A stretch of DNA of 63,920 nt, counting the filler. It is 8 parts of 8 records of this genome, joined end to end, with 100 filler letters (N's around TTAATTAATTAA, not from the genome) between each part and the next. Parts side by side here need not be neighbours in the genome. Positions count along the whole stretch, not along the records: positions 24,653 to 38,276 come from SRR31147125_37482; positions 38,377 to 43,492 come from SRR31147125_37501; 6 more parts are not named here. One strand, given 5' to 3'. A program made the translations under genes and the position numbers. The stretch's first letter is position 1; every line of letters starts with the position of its first letter. The notes under the pieces were generated by a model. That model saw only the letters and a list, made by a program, of their open reading frames with translations, did not search any database and was not told where the DNA came from. Of the stretch, positions 31,127 through 41,530 are shown piece by piece.

Positions 31127-32004
31127 ACGCGGTCATTGAAACAAAAAACCTTACGAAATACTACGGTAAGGCGCGGGGCATTATTGACCTGAATCTCACG
31201 GTGGGCGAAGGCGAAGTCTTCGGCTTCATCGGCCCGAACGGCGCGGGAAAATCCACAACAATCCGCACACTGCTGTCGCTTATTTATAAAACCAGCGGCG
31301 AGGCACGCATATTCGGGCTGGACTGCGAGCGCGACAAGGTTAAAATCCTCCAGAACGTCGGCTATCTGCCCGGCGAGGTCTTCTACTATGACAACATGCG
31401 GGCCAGTGACCTTTTTCGGTACTCCGCCAGCTTTTATAAAAAGGATTGCACCGCCAAAACAAAGGAGCTGGCCGACCTGCTCCAGCTCGATGTAAACAAG
31501 AAAATCGAGGATCTCAGCCTCGGCAACAAGAAAAAAGTCGGCATCATTCAGGGGCTTTTACACTCCCCTCGCCTGATCATTCTCGACGAGCCGACGAGCG
31601 GCCTTGACCCGCTGATGCAAAAAACATTTTTTGATCTCATAAAAAAAGAAAACGAACGCGGGGCGACCGTATTGTTTTCCTCGCATATTTTGAGCGAGGT
31701 CCAGCGTATCTGTGACCGTGTAGCCATCATTAAGGATGGCCGAATCGTCAGCACCCATAAAATCAGCGAACTCCAGCAGGACGCCTATAAAAACGTACGT
31801 ATCGCATTTCGCGACAGAACCGCCGCCGCATCGTTTACCCCGTCGGGCGCAACGAATTTAACAGTCTCCGACGCCGGCGTCAGCTTTATCTTCAAGGGCG
31901 ACATTAACGCGCTGCTGGCCGAGATAGGGAAATTCCCGCTCGCCGATATTGACATCTCGGAGCCGACGCTGGAGGAGATCTTCATGCACTACTATGCCGA
32001 CTGA
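31123..32004 (+). CDS. ABC-2 type exporter ATP-binding subunit
   Basis: GPNGAGKST, LSLGNKKK, LDEPTSGLDP, SSH. Confidence 0.95.
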   Translation: MNAVIETKNLTKYYGKARGIIDLNLTVGEGEVFGFIGPNGAGKSTTIRTLLSLIYKTSGEARIFGLDCERDKVKILQNVGYLPGEVFYYDNMRASDLFRYSASFYKKDCTAKTKELADLLQLDVNKKIEDLSLGNKKKVGIIQGLLHSPRLIILDEPTSGLDPLMQKTFFDLIKKENERGATVLFSSHILSEVQRICDRVAIIKDGRIVSTHKISELQQDAYKNVRIAFRDRTAAASFTPSGATNLTVSDAGVSFIFKGDINALLAEIGKFPLADIDISEPTLEEIFMHYYAD

Positions 32005-32010
32005 TGTGAG

Positions 32011-32820
32011 GTGATTATTTTGAATATCTATTCGATGGAAATAAAATCACAGCTGAGGAGCTTTCTCATCTGGACCGTCAGCATTCTAGCCGTCTTCACA
32101 CTGTTTATGACGGGGATGTACGACGCCTTTATGAACAGCCGGGACGTTCTGGAAAGTATGATTAACGGCTTTCCACCGGTGCTGGCCGAGGCATTCGGAA
32201 TCCATCTGGACGCTATGTTCTCATACGGCGGCTTCTTCACCTTTACATTCATGTACGTGTCCCTCTTTGGCGCAATCATGGCTACTTCCTTGTCTGTAGC
32301 GGTATTCTCCAGGGAAAAACGCTCTAAATGCGTAGATTTTCTTTTGGCGAAGCCCGTAAGCAGAGCGCATATTTTTCTGACGAAGTTTTGGAGCGTTCTA
32401 ACGCTGCTCGCCGTGCTGAATATCCTTTTCATCGCTGTGACACTAATCTTATTTAAAAGCTCCGGTGATACTACGACACTGACAGGAAGGCTGTTTTGGG
32501 CCGCCTGCGCGCTGTTTTTCACGCAGCTGGTGTTTATGTCGTTGGGGATTATCTTCGCGATTTTTGCTAAAAAGGTGCGTTCCGTATCCGGTATTGCCAC
32601 GGCTTTCGGCTTCGGTAGCTTTATCCTCATGGCACTTCACAATCTACTTGAAAAGGAAGCCATCCGGTTTGTCGCACCGCTGAACTATTTCAGCACGGAA
32701 TCCGTATTTTTGACCGGCGGCTATGAGCCGAAGTACGCCTCTACGGCGGTTGCCGTTATTGTTATCTGTCTCGGCTTGGCGCTGTATAAATTCCTGCGCA
32801 GCGATACGCCTGCGGCTTAA
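32011..32820 (+). CDS. ABC-2 type permease
   Basis: 6 hydrophobic segments, REK...DFLLAKPVSR motif. Confidence 0.88.
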   Translation: MIILNIYSMEIKSQLRSFLIWTVSILAVFTLFMTGMYDAFMNSRDVLESMINGFPPVLAEAFGIHLDAMFSYGGFFTFTFMYVSLFGAIMATSLSVAVFSREKRSKCVDFLLAKPVSRAHIFLTKFWSVLTLLAVLNILFIAVTLILFKSSGDTTTLTGRLFWAACALFFTQLVFMSLGIIFAIFAKKVRSVSGIATAFGFGSFILMALHNLLEKEAIRFVAPLNYFSTESVFLTGGYEPKYASTAVAVIVICLGLALYKFLRSDTPAA

Positions 32821-32834
32821 GGAGGGCTAATGGT

Positions 32835-33626
32835 ATGAATATTTTAAAGCGTGAGCTGCGCGCGGGGCTTAAGCCTTTCATTTTGTGGACAATCGGGCTG
32901 TTTGTTCTGGTATTTATCGGCGTGGCCAAATTTCAAGGCGTCAGCGCGGGCGGCGTTGATATCACGTTGCTGCTGGATCAATTCCCCCGGCCTGTGCTGG
33001 CCGTTCTCGGCATGGTTGATGTCGATATCAGCACGCTCGGCGGCTACGCGTCGATTCTGTTTTATTATGTGCTCATCTGCGCCGTCATCTTTTCCGTCAA
33101 TGTCGGCTCAAGCGCCGTCACACGCGAATCCGTTGACAAAACGTATGAGTTTATTTTCACAAAACCCGTCACGCGCGGCAAAATTCTCGCAATGAAGCTG
33201 ACGGCCGGGTGGATCTACCTGTTTATTTTCTGCACTTTAAATACGGTTTTTTCTCTCATGGCCGTCTCCACATTAAATCTTACCGAAACCATCACAGGGC
33301 CAACGCTGCTTTATTCGCTGGCAATATTTCTGATTGCTTCCCTGTTTATCGCGCTGTCGGCATTTCTGGCCACTATGGTCAGGCAGGCTGACAAGGGCTC
33401 GCTTTACGGAAATCTCGCCTTTTTATATGCGTTTATATTCGGTGTTATTTATGACATGCTGGAAAACGGCGGCTTGCTCCGTCTGATCTCACCCTTTAAG
33501 TACTTTCTCGCCACAGATCTGCTCGCGGGCCGGTTTAATCCGCTGTACGTTGTGTTAAGCCTCGGGCTGACAGCCGTGTTTCTTTTCGGCGCATACCGCC
33601 TGTTCCGGCGTCGCGATTTGACGTAA
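32835..33626 (+). CDS. ABC-2 type permease
   Basis: 6 hydrophobic segments, RESVDKTYEFIFTKPVTR, C-terminal RRRDL. Confidence 0.88.
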   Translation: MNILKRELRAGLKPFILWTIGLFVLVFIGVAKFQGVSAGGVDITLLLDQFPRPVLAVLGMVDVDISTLGGYASILFYYVLICAVIFSVNVGSSAVTRESVDKTYEFIFTKPVTRGKILAMKLTAGWIYLFIFCTLNTVFSLMAVSTLNLTETITGPTLLYSLAIFLIASLFIALSAFLATMVRQADKGSLYGNLAFLYAFIFGVIYDMLENGGLLRLISPFKYFLATDLLAGRFNPLYVVLSLGLTAVFLFGAYRLFRRRDLT

Positions 33627-33652
33627 GCATAAGCCCTTTATCGTAAGTAATT

Positions 33653-33767
33653 CCGGACGTTTTTACGTCCGGAATGGCTTATCAAGAAAGTATTTTTCTT
33701 AGTTAATAAAGAAAAAGCCGCGAGTGCGGCTTTTTTGACAGTCTGTACCGGACGTCTTTACGTCCGG
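33653..33767. repeat. Duplicated 20-bp palindrome flanking a 75-bp IS-end-like insert
   Basis: CCGGACGTTTTTACGTCCGG (33653-33672) and CCGGACGTCTTTACGTCCGG (33748-33767); insert ends TTTTTTGACAGTCTG. Confidence 0.65.
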
Positions 33768-34156
33768 TATGGTGCGTTTAGTTCGTGTTCTATCAGTGCG
33801 GATGCGATGCTCAGCGCTTTTATTCTCCGGACAGCAAGCGTGTGTTGAGGCGTTCCTTCTTTAAATTGTGGCAGTATTTTTTCAACCCGTCTTATAATGG
33901 CTGCTAGAGCCTCAAGGGCACGATTCCATTCTTCATCCGTATATGTGCTTACGGGCGAGTTATCGAGCAGTTCTGTTTTCAGCGCTCTGTTTAATAAGGT
34001 ACGCGCCATGTAATTTGCCTTTAACGATTGTTCCGTCATTGCGTGCTGCCAGGTACCTGCCGTCAATTTAAGCTGTGCTTTTTCACTTTTCTTTATCATG
34101 GAATTAATAGCCCGGACAGCTTCATATAATTCCTCGTTCGTATAATTCATAAACAC
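33758..34156 (-). CDS. Hypothetical protein made of two tandem helical repeats
   Basis: YTNEEL..A...I..MI.K.EK....L..GT.QH repeated as YTDEEW..A...L..II.R.EK....F..GT.QH. Confidence 0.75.
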   Translation of the reverse strand: MFMNYTNEELYEAVRAINSMIKKSEKAQLKLTAGTWQHAMTEQSLKANYMARTLLNRALKTELLDNSPVSTYTDEEWNRALEALAAIIRRVEKILPQFKEGTPQHTLAVRRIKALSIASALIEHELNAPYRT

Positions 34157-34244
34157 TTCCTTAACCCATAAAAACGGCTATGTCAACGGGTTTCTTATAT
34201 ACATCGAGATGCCGCAGGCGATTTTCTTGCGGCATCAATTTTAT

Positions 34245-35264
34245 TTACTCCACGTTAAACTTGATGTTTTCCGGCCGATAACTTTTGGCCGTTTTGGTGA
34301 TGGCCGAAACGGTTTCTCCAAAGGCGCCCAGACCAATCAGGACACTGATGACAAGTATTCCGATATGCACGTAGCCTGTCATCGTATCTGCGCTAATCTG
34401 GACCTTTTCGGCAAAGCGTGCGATAAATTCCGGCGTGAACACGTTGGGCCGCGTGATAAAGGTAATCCCGATAACGGCGTTAAAAATGCTGTATACAGAC
34501 TGCGCGGCGGCAATGCTGACGGACCAGCGCCCCTGAACAAGCTTAAAAAACATTAAAAACAGTGTCAGTGCAATTAGAATAAGATACAGCGGTAAAAACT
34601 GCTGCACAACCGACGGGTCGAACAATGGCACGGTCGGCTGTCCCGCCTCATACCAGGCTATAAATGGCGGCTGACGCAGCGTCCCGGCTAAAAAGATCGT
34701 CATAAATAAGATGGAAAAAAAGGCTTCGGCAATCGTATCGCCGCGCTTGATGATCACCTTTGTATTGGCCGGGATCTCCGGCAGGTTTTTAGGTGACCAG
34801 GTCATAATTCCCTTCTTCCGGACAAAAAGCTCAATGCAGGAAAACACGATTGTTACGAAGAAAAACGCGTAGACGATACCGGACATGGCTCCTGTTAAAA
34901 AGCTCGTGACAATGGTAGCCACTGTTTCGACAATGCTTTGGTCCCCCATCTCACCGAATATAATTTTAAATATAGCCAGACCCGCTAAAAGCGCCGCCAA
35001 CACGCCGGCCGCGATCTTCAGCGCGGTAAAATAATCGTCAAACAGCTCCGGTGAAATCAGATAACGCGGATTGGGATGGTACTTGACGGCCAGCTTGGCC
35101 GGACTGCCCATCTGGATCAGCACATTTTCAATTTCCTCTTCACTCGGGTTATCCGAAAGCATATCCTCGATGTTGGAACGCAGCTCGTTTGTGACGTCCT
35201 CCCGGATGTCCTCCGGCAGCCGTTTGGCTACGTCGTACAGGTATCGTTCTATCATATTACTCAT
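34245..35264 (-). CDS. PadR-associated membrane protein (HAAS-like N-terminus)
   Basis: IERYLYDVAKRLP...EL...I.DML, MGSP..LA..Y, then several TM helices; overlaps the padR stop. Confidence 0.8.
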   Translation of the reverse strand: MSNMIERYLYDVAKRLPEDIREDVTNELRSNIEDMLSDNPSEEEIENVLIQMGSPAKLAVKYHPNPRYLISPELFDDYFTALKIAAGVLAALLAGLAIFKIIFGEMGDQSIVETVATIVTSFLTGAMSGIVYAFFFVTIVFSCIELFVRKKGIMTWSPKNLPEIPANTKVIIKRGDTIAEAFFSILFMTIFLAGTLRQPPFIAWYEAGQPTVPLFDPSVVQQFLPLYLILIALTLFLMFFKLVQGRWSVSIAAAQSVYSIFNAVIGITFITRPNVFTPEFIARFAEKVQISADTMTGYVHIGILVISVLIGLGAFGETVSAITKTAKSYRPENIKFNVE

Positions 35265-35607
35265 CTTGCTCCGCTTCCTCCTTCAGCAGCCTGTTGATAC
35301 CCTCACAGGTACTTTCCCATTCTTTTTTAAGCTCAGTATAAATCTCTTTGCCCGTCTGGCTTAATACGTAATATTTGCGCGGCCTGGCCGACGTCGTGTC
35401 CCAGCTGTTTTCCAAAAGGCCCTGAGTTTCGAGCCGTCGCATCAGCGGATACAGCGTGTTAGCCTCAATCTGTATGCCCTTCTCCTCAAGACAGCGCAGC
35501 AGCGAATACCCGTACTGCGGCTTATCGAGCTGGCTCAGAACCGCCAAAGACAGCGTCCCCCGCCGGAGCTCCGTCATCATGCTGTTGAGTATAGTCTGGT
35601 CTGCCAT
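35257..35607 (-). CDS. PadR-family regulator
   Basis: ELRRGTL, YGYSL, NTLYPLMRRLE, RPRKYY; GGAGG RBS before MADQ. Confidence 0.92.
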   Translation of the reverse strand: MADQTILNSMMTELRRGTLSLAVLSQLDKPQYGYSLLRCLEEKGIQIEANTLYPLMRRLETQGLLENSWDTTSARPRKYYVLSQTGKEIYTELKKEWESTCEGINRLLKEEAEQDE

Positions 35608-35626
35608 ATTTCCGCCTCCTGATGCC

Positions 35627-35656
35627 ATTATACTGTGTGTCATACTATATTGTCAA
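35627..35656 (-). promoter_or_regulatory. SigA promoter of the padR operon
   Basis: Consensus TTGACA-18 bp-TATAAT on the minus strand. Confidence 0.75.
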
Positions 35657-35827
35657 TATTATTTTATTATTATATTGTCATTATTATATTCAAAGCATTA
35701 TTATGTCACAAGTGATTCCGATATAATAACATCAGTTACAGGATTTCTGGTTTCCCGCCATCGGCGGACAGCATGAAGCGTATTGAATTGCTTCAGCCAT
35801 TCGCATAGCGCTTACAGGAGGGGTAAT

Positions 35828-36322
35828 ATGAACGACACAGCACGGGTCATTGACGCGATGATCGGCTATTACGCCGGTGACGCACGACGGATCAATCACT
35901 TTTTAAAGGTCTATGGGTTTGCCAAAGCCATTGGTGAAATGGAAAAGCTGACTGACGATCAGCAGGAAACACTCGAGCTGGCGGCTGTTGCGCACGATAT
36001 CGGTATTAAAAACAGTGAGCTCAAGTTCGGCAGCTCGGCCGGCAGTTATCAGCAGACGGAGGGCCCGCCCGAGGCCCGCAAGCTTCTGGCCGCACTCGGG
36101 ATCGACGAACAGCGGATTGACCGTGTATGCTGGCTGATCGCGCACCATCATACGTACGAGAACATTAAAGATCCGGACTATCAGATTCTCGTTGAGGCGG
36201 ATTTTCTCGTCAACGCGTATGAGGACGACCTGTCGCCGTCGGCAGTTGACAGCGTCCGCCGCAAAATCTTTAAAACGGCGACGGGACTTTTATATCTGGG
36301 CCGGTTGTATCCAGCCGGTTAA
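35828..36322 (+). CDS. HD-domain phosphohydrolase
   Basis: RINH, AHDIG, AHHH, EADFL metal ligands. Confidence 0.88.
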   Translation: MNDTARVIDAMIGYYAGDARRINHFLKVYGFAKAIGEMEKLTDDQQETLELAAVAHDIGIKNSELKFGSSAGSYQQTEGPPEARKLLAALGIDEQRIDRVCWLIAHHHTYENIKDPDYQILVEADFLVNAYEDDLSPSAVDSVRRKIFKTATGLLYLGRLYPAG

Positions 36323-36380
36323 TACTCGATCTTGCATAACCCGTCCAGCAAAAGCAAGAACTTTAATATGCATTCGTATT

Positions 36381-36412
36381 TGTAAAAACCGGCTCTAGGG
36401 CCGGTTTTTACA
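36381..36412 (+). terminator. Hairpin/terminator between the HD gene and the hydrogenase fusion
   Basis: TGTAAAAACCGGC-tctagg-GCCGGTTTTTACA. Confidence 0.6.
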
Positions 36413-36491
36413 GTTAATTAACTTTTATTTGCTAAATATTAGTTTATATTTTAACGATAACTTGATTAAAGAAATATATAAGGGAGTCGTT

Positions 36492-38204
36492 ATGAAAAGT
36501 ATTATTGTTACGGATGCCCAGAAATGCCAGGGATGTAATCGTTGCTTACGCGTTTGCCCCGTTTCCGAGGCAAACGTGGCTTACCTGGATCACGGCCAAG
36601 TCAAGGTTCGTATTGATGAGAAAAAATGCATCGCCTGCGGTGCATGCCTTCAGGCCTGCCAGCATGAAGCGCGTTCTTTTACCGACGATACCGAGCGATT
36701 CTTTGCCGACCTCTCCCGCGGTGAAAAGATATCGATGATCGTCGCGCCGGCTTTTAAGGCGAATTTCAGGAACTGGTCATCCATTCTGGCCTGGCTGAAA
36801 AAGAAGGGCGTTTCCATTATTGCCGACGTTTCCTTTGGCGCCGACATATGCACCTGGGCGCATATCCGTTATATCCAGCAGCAGAATCCCCGAACGCTGA
36901 TTACCCAGCCGTGTCCGGCCATCGTGGGGTACATAGAAAAATACCACCCGGCATTGCTCGACAAGCTGTCACCCGTACACAGCCCAATGCTATGCACGGC
37001 TGTATATATTAAAGAATATATGAAAGTACCGGGCAAAATTGCTAGCCTGTCCCCCTGCGTAGCCAAGTCCAACGAGTTTGAGGAAACGCAAATCGTCCAA
37101 TACAATGTGACCTTCAAGAGACTTGCGCAATATATCGAAGCTCATCACATTAGAATACCGGACGCTCCCTTTGAATTTGATCACATCACGTCCTCTCTGG
37201 GACGCGTCTATTCCATGCCCGGCGGCTTAAAGGAAAACGTCGAGCATTATCTCGGTAAAATAATCCGGGTTGACAAATCGGAGGGGCAATCTATTGTCTA
37301 CAAGCACCTTGATTTGTTTGCCGAAGAGCGTGAAGAAAACCTGCCCGTTTTATTCGATGTTCTCAACTGTGCCGAAGGGTGCAACGTCGGCACCGGCTGT
37401 AACCACGAGGAGTCCATTTTCAGCATCAATCAGGTCATGGATGCCCAGCGCCAGACAGCGCTTGAAACGTATCCGAAAGCCGGCGCGGACGAGATGGAAG
37501 CGTTGTTTGCCGATTTTGACAGCCGGTTTAAGGTGGCGTCCTTCATCCGCCGATATCAGAAAAAGCCGGTCAGTGAGATCAAATATACGGACGAGGCCGT
37601 CGAGGAAGCTTTTATGAAGCTCGGCAAGCAGACCGAGGAGCAGCGCACCCATAACTGCTACGCCTGCGGCAACGAGACGTGCCGGGATATGGCCGTCTGC
37701 ATCGCCAAGGGCATCAGCATCCCCGAAAACTGCATGGAAAAATCGCGGCAGGATATTATGCGCGAGCACGAGGCTTTCATCAACGAGCGCCAGGACAGCA
37801 ATGAGAAAATCAGCCATATTTCAACTGAGGTCGAGGAAATTAACAAGCTGTTTGCCGGCGTACTGTCCGGCGTATCCGGAATGAGCGACGCCATCGAGCA
37901 GTACAACAAGATGACAAAGCTCATTAACGATATCGCCCTTCAAACGCAGATCCTGTCGATTAACGCCTCCATCGAGGCCTCCAATGCCGGCGCGGCCGGC
38001 AAAGGCTTTGCCGTTATATCGCAGGCCATCCGCGAGCTGGCCGCCAAGTCCCAGCAGGCTACCGGCGATATTGAAAAAACGAGCAGCAGCGCCCAGACCA
38101 CCATCAGCAACATTGTCAAGGCCAGCGATGAAGTCGACAAGTCCATCCACACCGTATCCAGCTACATCGAGGAAATCACGGCCTCAATCAGCGGGAATAA
38201 TTAA
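36492..38204 (+). CDS. Putative sensory [FeFe]-hydrogenase-like protein fused to a methyl-accepting chemotaxis signalling domain
   Basis: 2x CxxCxxCxxxC ferredoxin motifs; H-cluster-like motifs TQPCPA, SPCVAKSNE, LNCAEGC; NCYACG..C FeS domain; MCP hairpin IALQTQILSINASIEASNAGAAGKGFAVISQAIRELA. Confidence 0.88.
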   Translation: MKSIIVTDAQKCQGCNRCLRVCPVSEANVAYLDHGQVKVRIDEKKCIACGACLQACQHEARSFTDDTERFFADLSRGEKISMIVAPAFKANFRNWSSILAWLKKKGVSIIADVSFGADICTWAHIRYIQQQNPRTLITQPCPAIVGYIEKYHPALLDKLSPVHSPMLCTAVYIKEYMKVPGKIASLSPCVAKSNEFEETQIVQYNVTFKRLAQYIEAHHIRIPDAPFEFDHITSSLGRVYSMPGGLKENVEHYLGKIIRVDKSEGQSIVYKHLDLFAEEREENLPVLFDVLNCAEGCNVGTGCNHEESIFSINQVMDAQRQTALETYPKAGADEMEALFADFDSRFKVASFIRRYQKKPVSEIKYTDEAVEEAFMKLGKQTEEQRTHNCYACGNETCRDMAVCIAKGISIPENCMEKSRQDIMREHEAFINERQDSNEKISHISTEVEEINKLFAGVLSGVSGMSDAIEQYNKMTKLINDIALQTQILSINASIEASNAGAAGKGFAVISQAIRELAAKSQQATGDIEKTSSSAQTTISNIVKASDEVDKSIHTVSSYIEEITASISGNN

Positions 38205-38248
38205 CAGGGTTAATAACTAATAACTGCCGACTCTATAGACCGGCAGTT

Positions 38249-38276
38249 CAGACTGTAGACAAAGTGCGAAAAGCTC
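38249..38276 (+). mobile_element. Probable IS terminal inverted repeat at contig end (IS1182-like)
   Basis: CAGACTGTAGACAAA directly after hairpin AACTGCCG...CGGCAGTT; assembly breaks 28 bp later. Confidence 0.45.
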
Positions 38277-38376
38277 NNNNNNNNNNNNNNNNNNNNNNNN
38301 NNNNNNNNNNNNNNNNNNNNTTAATTAATTAANNNNNNNNNNNNNNNNNNNNNNNNNNNNNNNNNNNNNNNNNNNN
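38277..38376. other. Artificial contig spacer
   Basis: Same linker. Confidence 0.99.
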
Positions 38377-39725
38377 GGGGAATCAGAGCCGCGGATGACG
38401 CCAATGTGCAGTCCCTGCTGCAGGCCGATACACCTGTTGTCGTCATATTCGGCAAAGCATGGGATTTCCATGTGACCGATATTATACGGACAACACTGGA
38501 TGAGAATCTGGAGATGATCAGGGATACAGTTGCTTTTTTCCATGAGAAAGGGAAAGAGGTTATCTACGATGCCGAACACTTTTTCGACGGGTATAAATCC
38601 AATACCGATTATGCCATGAAAACACTGCAGGCGGCCGTGGACGGCGGAGCTGTTTCTTTGGTGCTGTGTGAAACCAACGGCGGTGCATTACCGATGGAGA
38701 CATACGACATCACCAAAGCGGTAGTGGAAGCGTATCCTGATATGAAAATAGGTATTCACACTCATAATGATTCAGGTATGGCAGAGGCGAATTCCCTCAT
38801 GTCCATAGAGGCTGGGGCAAGGCATCTGCAGGGAACGTTTGTGGGCTTTGGTGAACGCTGCGGCAACGCGAACCTCTCCATCCTCATACCGACCCTTCAG
38901 CTGAAAAACGCCTGTGACTGCATAGCAGATGAAGCTTTGGGAGACATTACCCATGCGGCGCGCAGGATAGCGGAAATTGCGAATGTGCCCATCCCGCACG
39001 GTATGCCGTATGTGGGAAAGAGTGCCTTTACCCATAAAGGCGGCATGCATATAGATGGAATATCGAAGAATACCGCTTCATTTGAGCATATCAATCCGGA
39101 ACTGGTGGGAAATGAACGTCGTCTGTTGATGTCCGAAGTAGCCGGACGCAGCATGGTCCTGAAGCGTATTCACAAGATATCGCCGGATCTCACAAAGGAT
39201 TCACCCGAAACCAAGGCGATTATTGCCCGCTTGAAAGAGCTGGAGATGGAAGGCTATCAGTTCGAGGGAGCCGAAAGCTCATTTGATCTGGTAATCAGAA
39301 AGCATCTGGGAAAATACACACCTTTTTTCACTCTGGATCATTTTAAAGTGATTGGGGAACAGCCTCCCCAGGAAGAGGGGCTGAGCAGTTCCGCTATGGT
39401 GAAAATACAGGTGAGCGGGAAGATTGAAATTACCGCCGCCCAGGGAGATGGACCGGTGCACGCTCTCGACAGAGCGCTGCGGAAAGCACTGGAAGTATTC
39501 TATCCGGTTCTGAAAAGAGTCCATCTGACCGACTACAAGGTACGAGTACTGGACAGCCAAAGTGCCAGTGCCGCCCGGGTTCGGGTACTGATTGAATCCA
39601 CGGATGGTGATGCCTCCTGGACGACCGTCGGGGTCTCAACCGATATTGTCGATGCCAGCTGGATCGCGCTGGTCGACTCGATCGAATATAAATTACTGAA
39701 AACTTCGGTCAACCTGAACGGCTGA
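38377..39725 (+). CDS. cimA: Citramalate synthase, 5' truncated
   Basis: IFGKAWDFHV, YDAEHFFDGY, HKGGMH, GYQFEGAESSF, GDGPVHALD (bacterial CimA signatures). Confidence 0.9.
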
Positions 39726-39758
39726 TTGAAGTACGCAGATAGATAGAAGGAGTAGATA

Positions 39759-41021
39759 ATGGGAATGACAATGACACAGAAAGTACTGGCGGCCCACGCG
39801 GGGCTCGATTCAGTGAGAGCTGGACAGTTGATACTGGCCGAACTGGATCTGGTGCTGGGAAATGATATTACCTCACCGGTAGCCGTAACGGAATTCCGTA
39901 AGATAGGTGTGGATGGAGTATTCGATAAATCTAAAGTAGCCATCGTTCCGGACCACTTTGTACCGAACAAGGATATTAAAGCGGCCGAACAGTGCAAATA
40001 TATTCGAGAATTTGCCCAGGAGAAAGAGATTGAAAACTTTTTCGAAGTGGGCGAGATGGGAATTGAACATGCCCTGCTTCCCGAAAAAGGGCTGGTAACA
40101 ACCGGGCATCTCGTAATCGGTGCCGATTCACATACCTGTACCTACGGCGCCTTGGGAGCATTTTCCACGGGTGTGGGAAGCACGGATATGGCAGCCGGTA
40201 TGGCAACGGGAAAAGCCTGGTTCAAGGTTCCTTCTGCCATCAAGTTCAATCTGGTGGGAAATCCATCCAAATGGGTAACCGGTAAAGATGTTATCCTGCA
40301 CATCATCGGCATGATTGGTGTTGACGGAGCACTCTACAGATCAATGGAATACTCCGGTGAAGGACTGAAGAATCTTTCCATGGAGGATCGGTTCACCATG
40401 GCGAATATGGCAATTGAAGCCGGCGCGAAAAACGGTATCTTTACCGTTGACGATCAGACTCTGGCGTACATATCGGAACACTCAACCAAAGAGTATACCG
40501 TCTTTGAAGCGGATGAAGATGCCGAGTATGACGAAGTGTATACCATCGATCTGGCGGAAATTCGTCACCGTGGCGTTTCCCCATCTTCCCGACAATACCC
40601 GCACTATCGACAACGTTGGCGAAGTCAAAGTTAATCAGGTAGTTATCGGCTCTTGCACAAACGGCTGGATCGGCGACATCCGAACGGCAGCAGGCATCCT
40701 GAAAGGCAAGAAAGTTGCCAAAGGCGTACGCACTATAGTGATTCCCGCTACACAGAAAATATACTTACAGGCTCTGGAAGAGGGTTTGATTAAGGATATC
40801 GTTGAAGCTGGAGCAGTTTTCAGTACACCGACTTGCGGTCCTGTCTTGGTGGACATATGGGTATTCTGGCGGAAGGTGAGAAGGCCGTGGCGACCACAAA
40901 TCGCAACTTTGTGGGACGTATGGGGCATCCCGGTTCCGAAGTCTATCTGGCAAGCCCGGCTGTAGCAGCCGCTTCCGCGCTGGCGGGAATCATCAGCAAT
41001 CCTGAAGAACTGGACGCATAA
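39759..41021 (+). CDS. leuC: 3-isopropylmalate dehydratase large subunit; two frameshifts (about 40567 and 40840)
   Basis: [20 protein letters not shown](C)LGGH, TNRNF.GRMG spread over three consecutive frames. Confidence 0.92.
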
Positions 41022-41029
41022 GGAGAGAA

Positions 41030-41530
41030 ATGAACATGAAAGCTAATGGAACAGTATTCAAATATGGCGATAACGTCGACACGGATGTAATCATTCCCGC
41101 CCGTTATCTCAACACATCAGTGCATTCCGAACTGGCAAAGCACTGCATGGAAGATATCGATGCCGAATTTATCAACAAGGTATCCGACGGTGATATCATC
41201 GTTGCCGACAAGAATTTCGGCTGCGGTTCATCCCGTGAGCATGCACCAATCGCAATCAAGGCATCTGGAATCTCCTGTGTCATCGCAGCGACCTTTGCCC
41301 GCATTTTCTACCGCAACTCGATCAATATCGGGCTCCCGATCCTCGAGTGTCCCGAAGCGGCGGCCGGAATCTCAAATGGCGATACGGTAGAGGTTGATTT
41401 CACCACAGGCAAGATCGATAACCTGACAACCGGTAAAAGCTGGACGGCTGAACCGTTCCCTGAATTCATGCAGGAAATTATCAAAGCCGATGGACTGGTA
41501 AACTACATCAAGCAGGGAGGAATGGCGTAA
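41030..41530 (+). CDS. leuD: 3-isopropylmalate dehydratase small subunit
   Basis: [33 protein letters not shown]. Confidence 0.95.
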   Translation: MNMKANGTVFKYGDNVDTDVIIPARYLNTSVHSELAKHCMEDIDAEFINKVSDGDIIVADKNFGCGSSREHAPIAIKASGISCVIAATFARIFYRNSINIGLPILECPEAAAGISNGDTVEVDFTTGKIDNLTTGKSWTAEPFPEFMQEIIKADGLVNYIKQGGMA

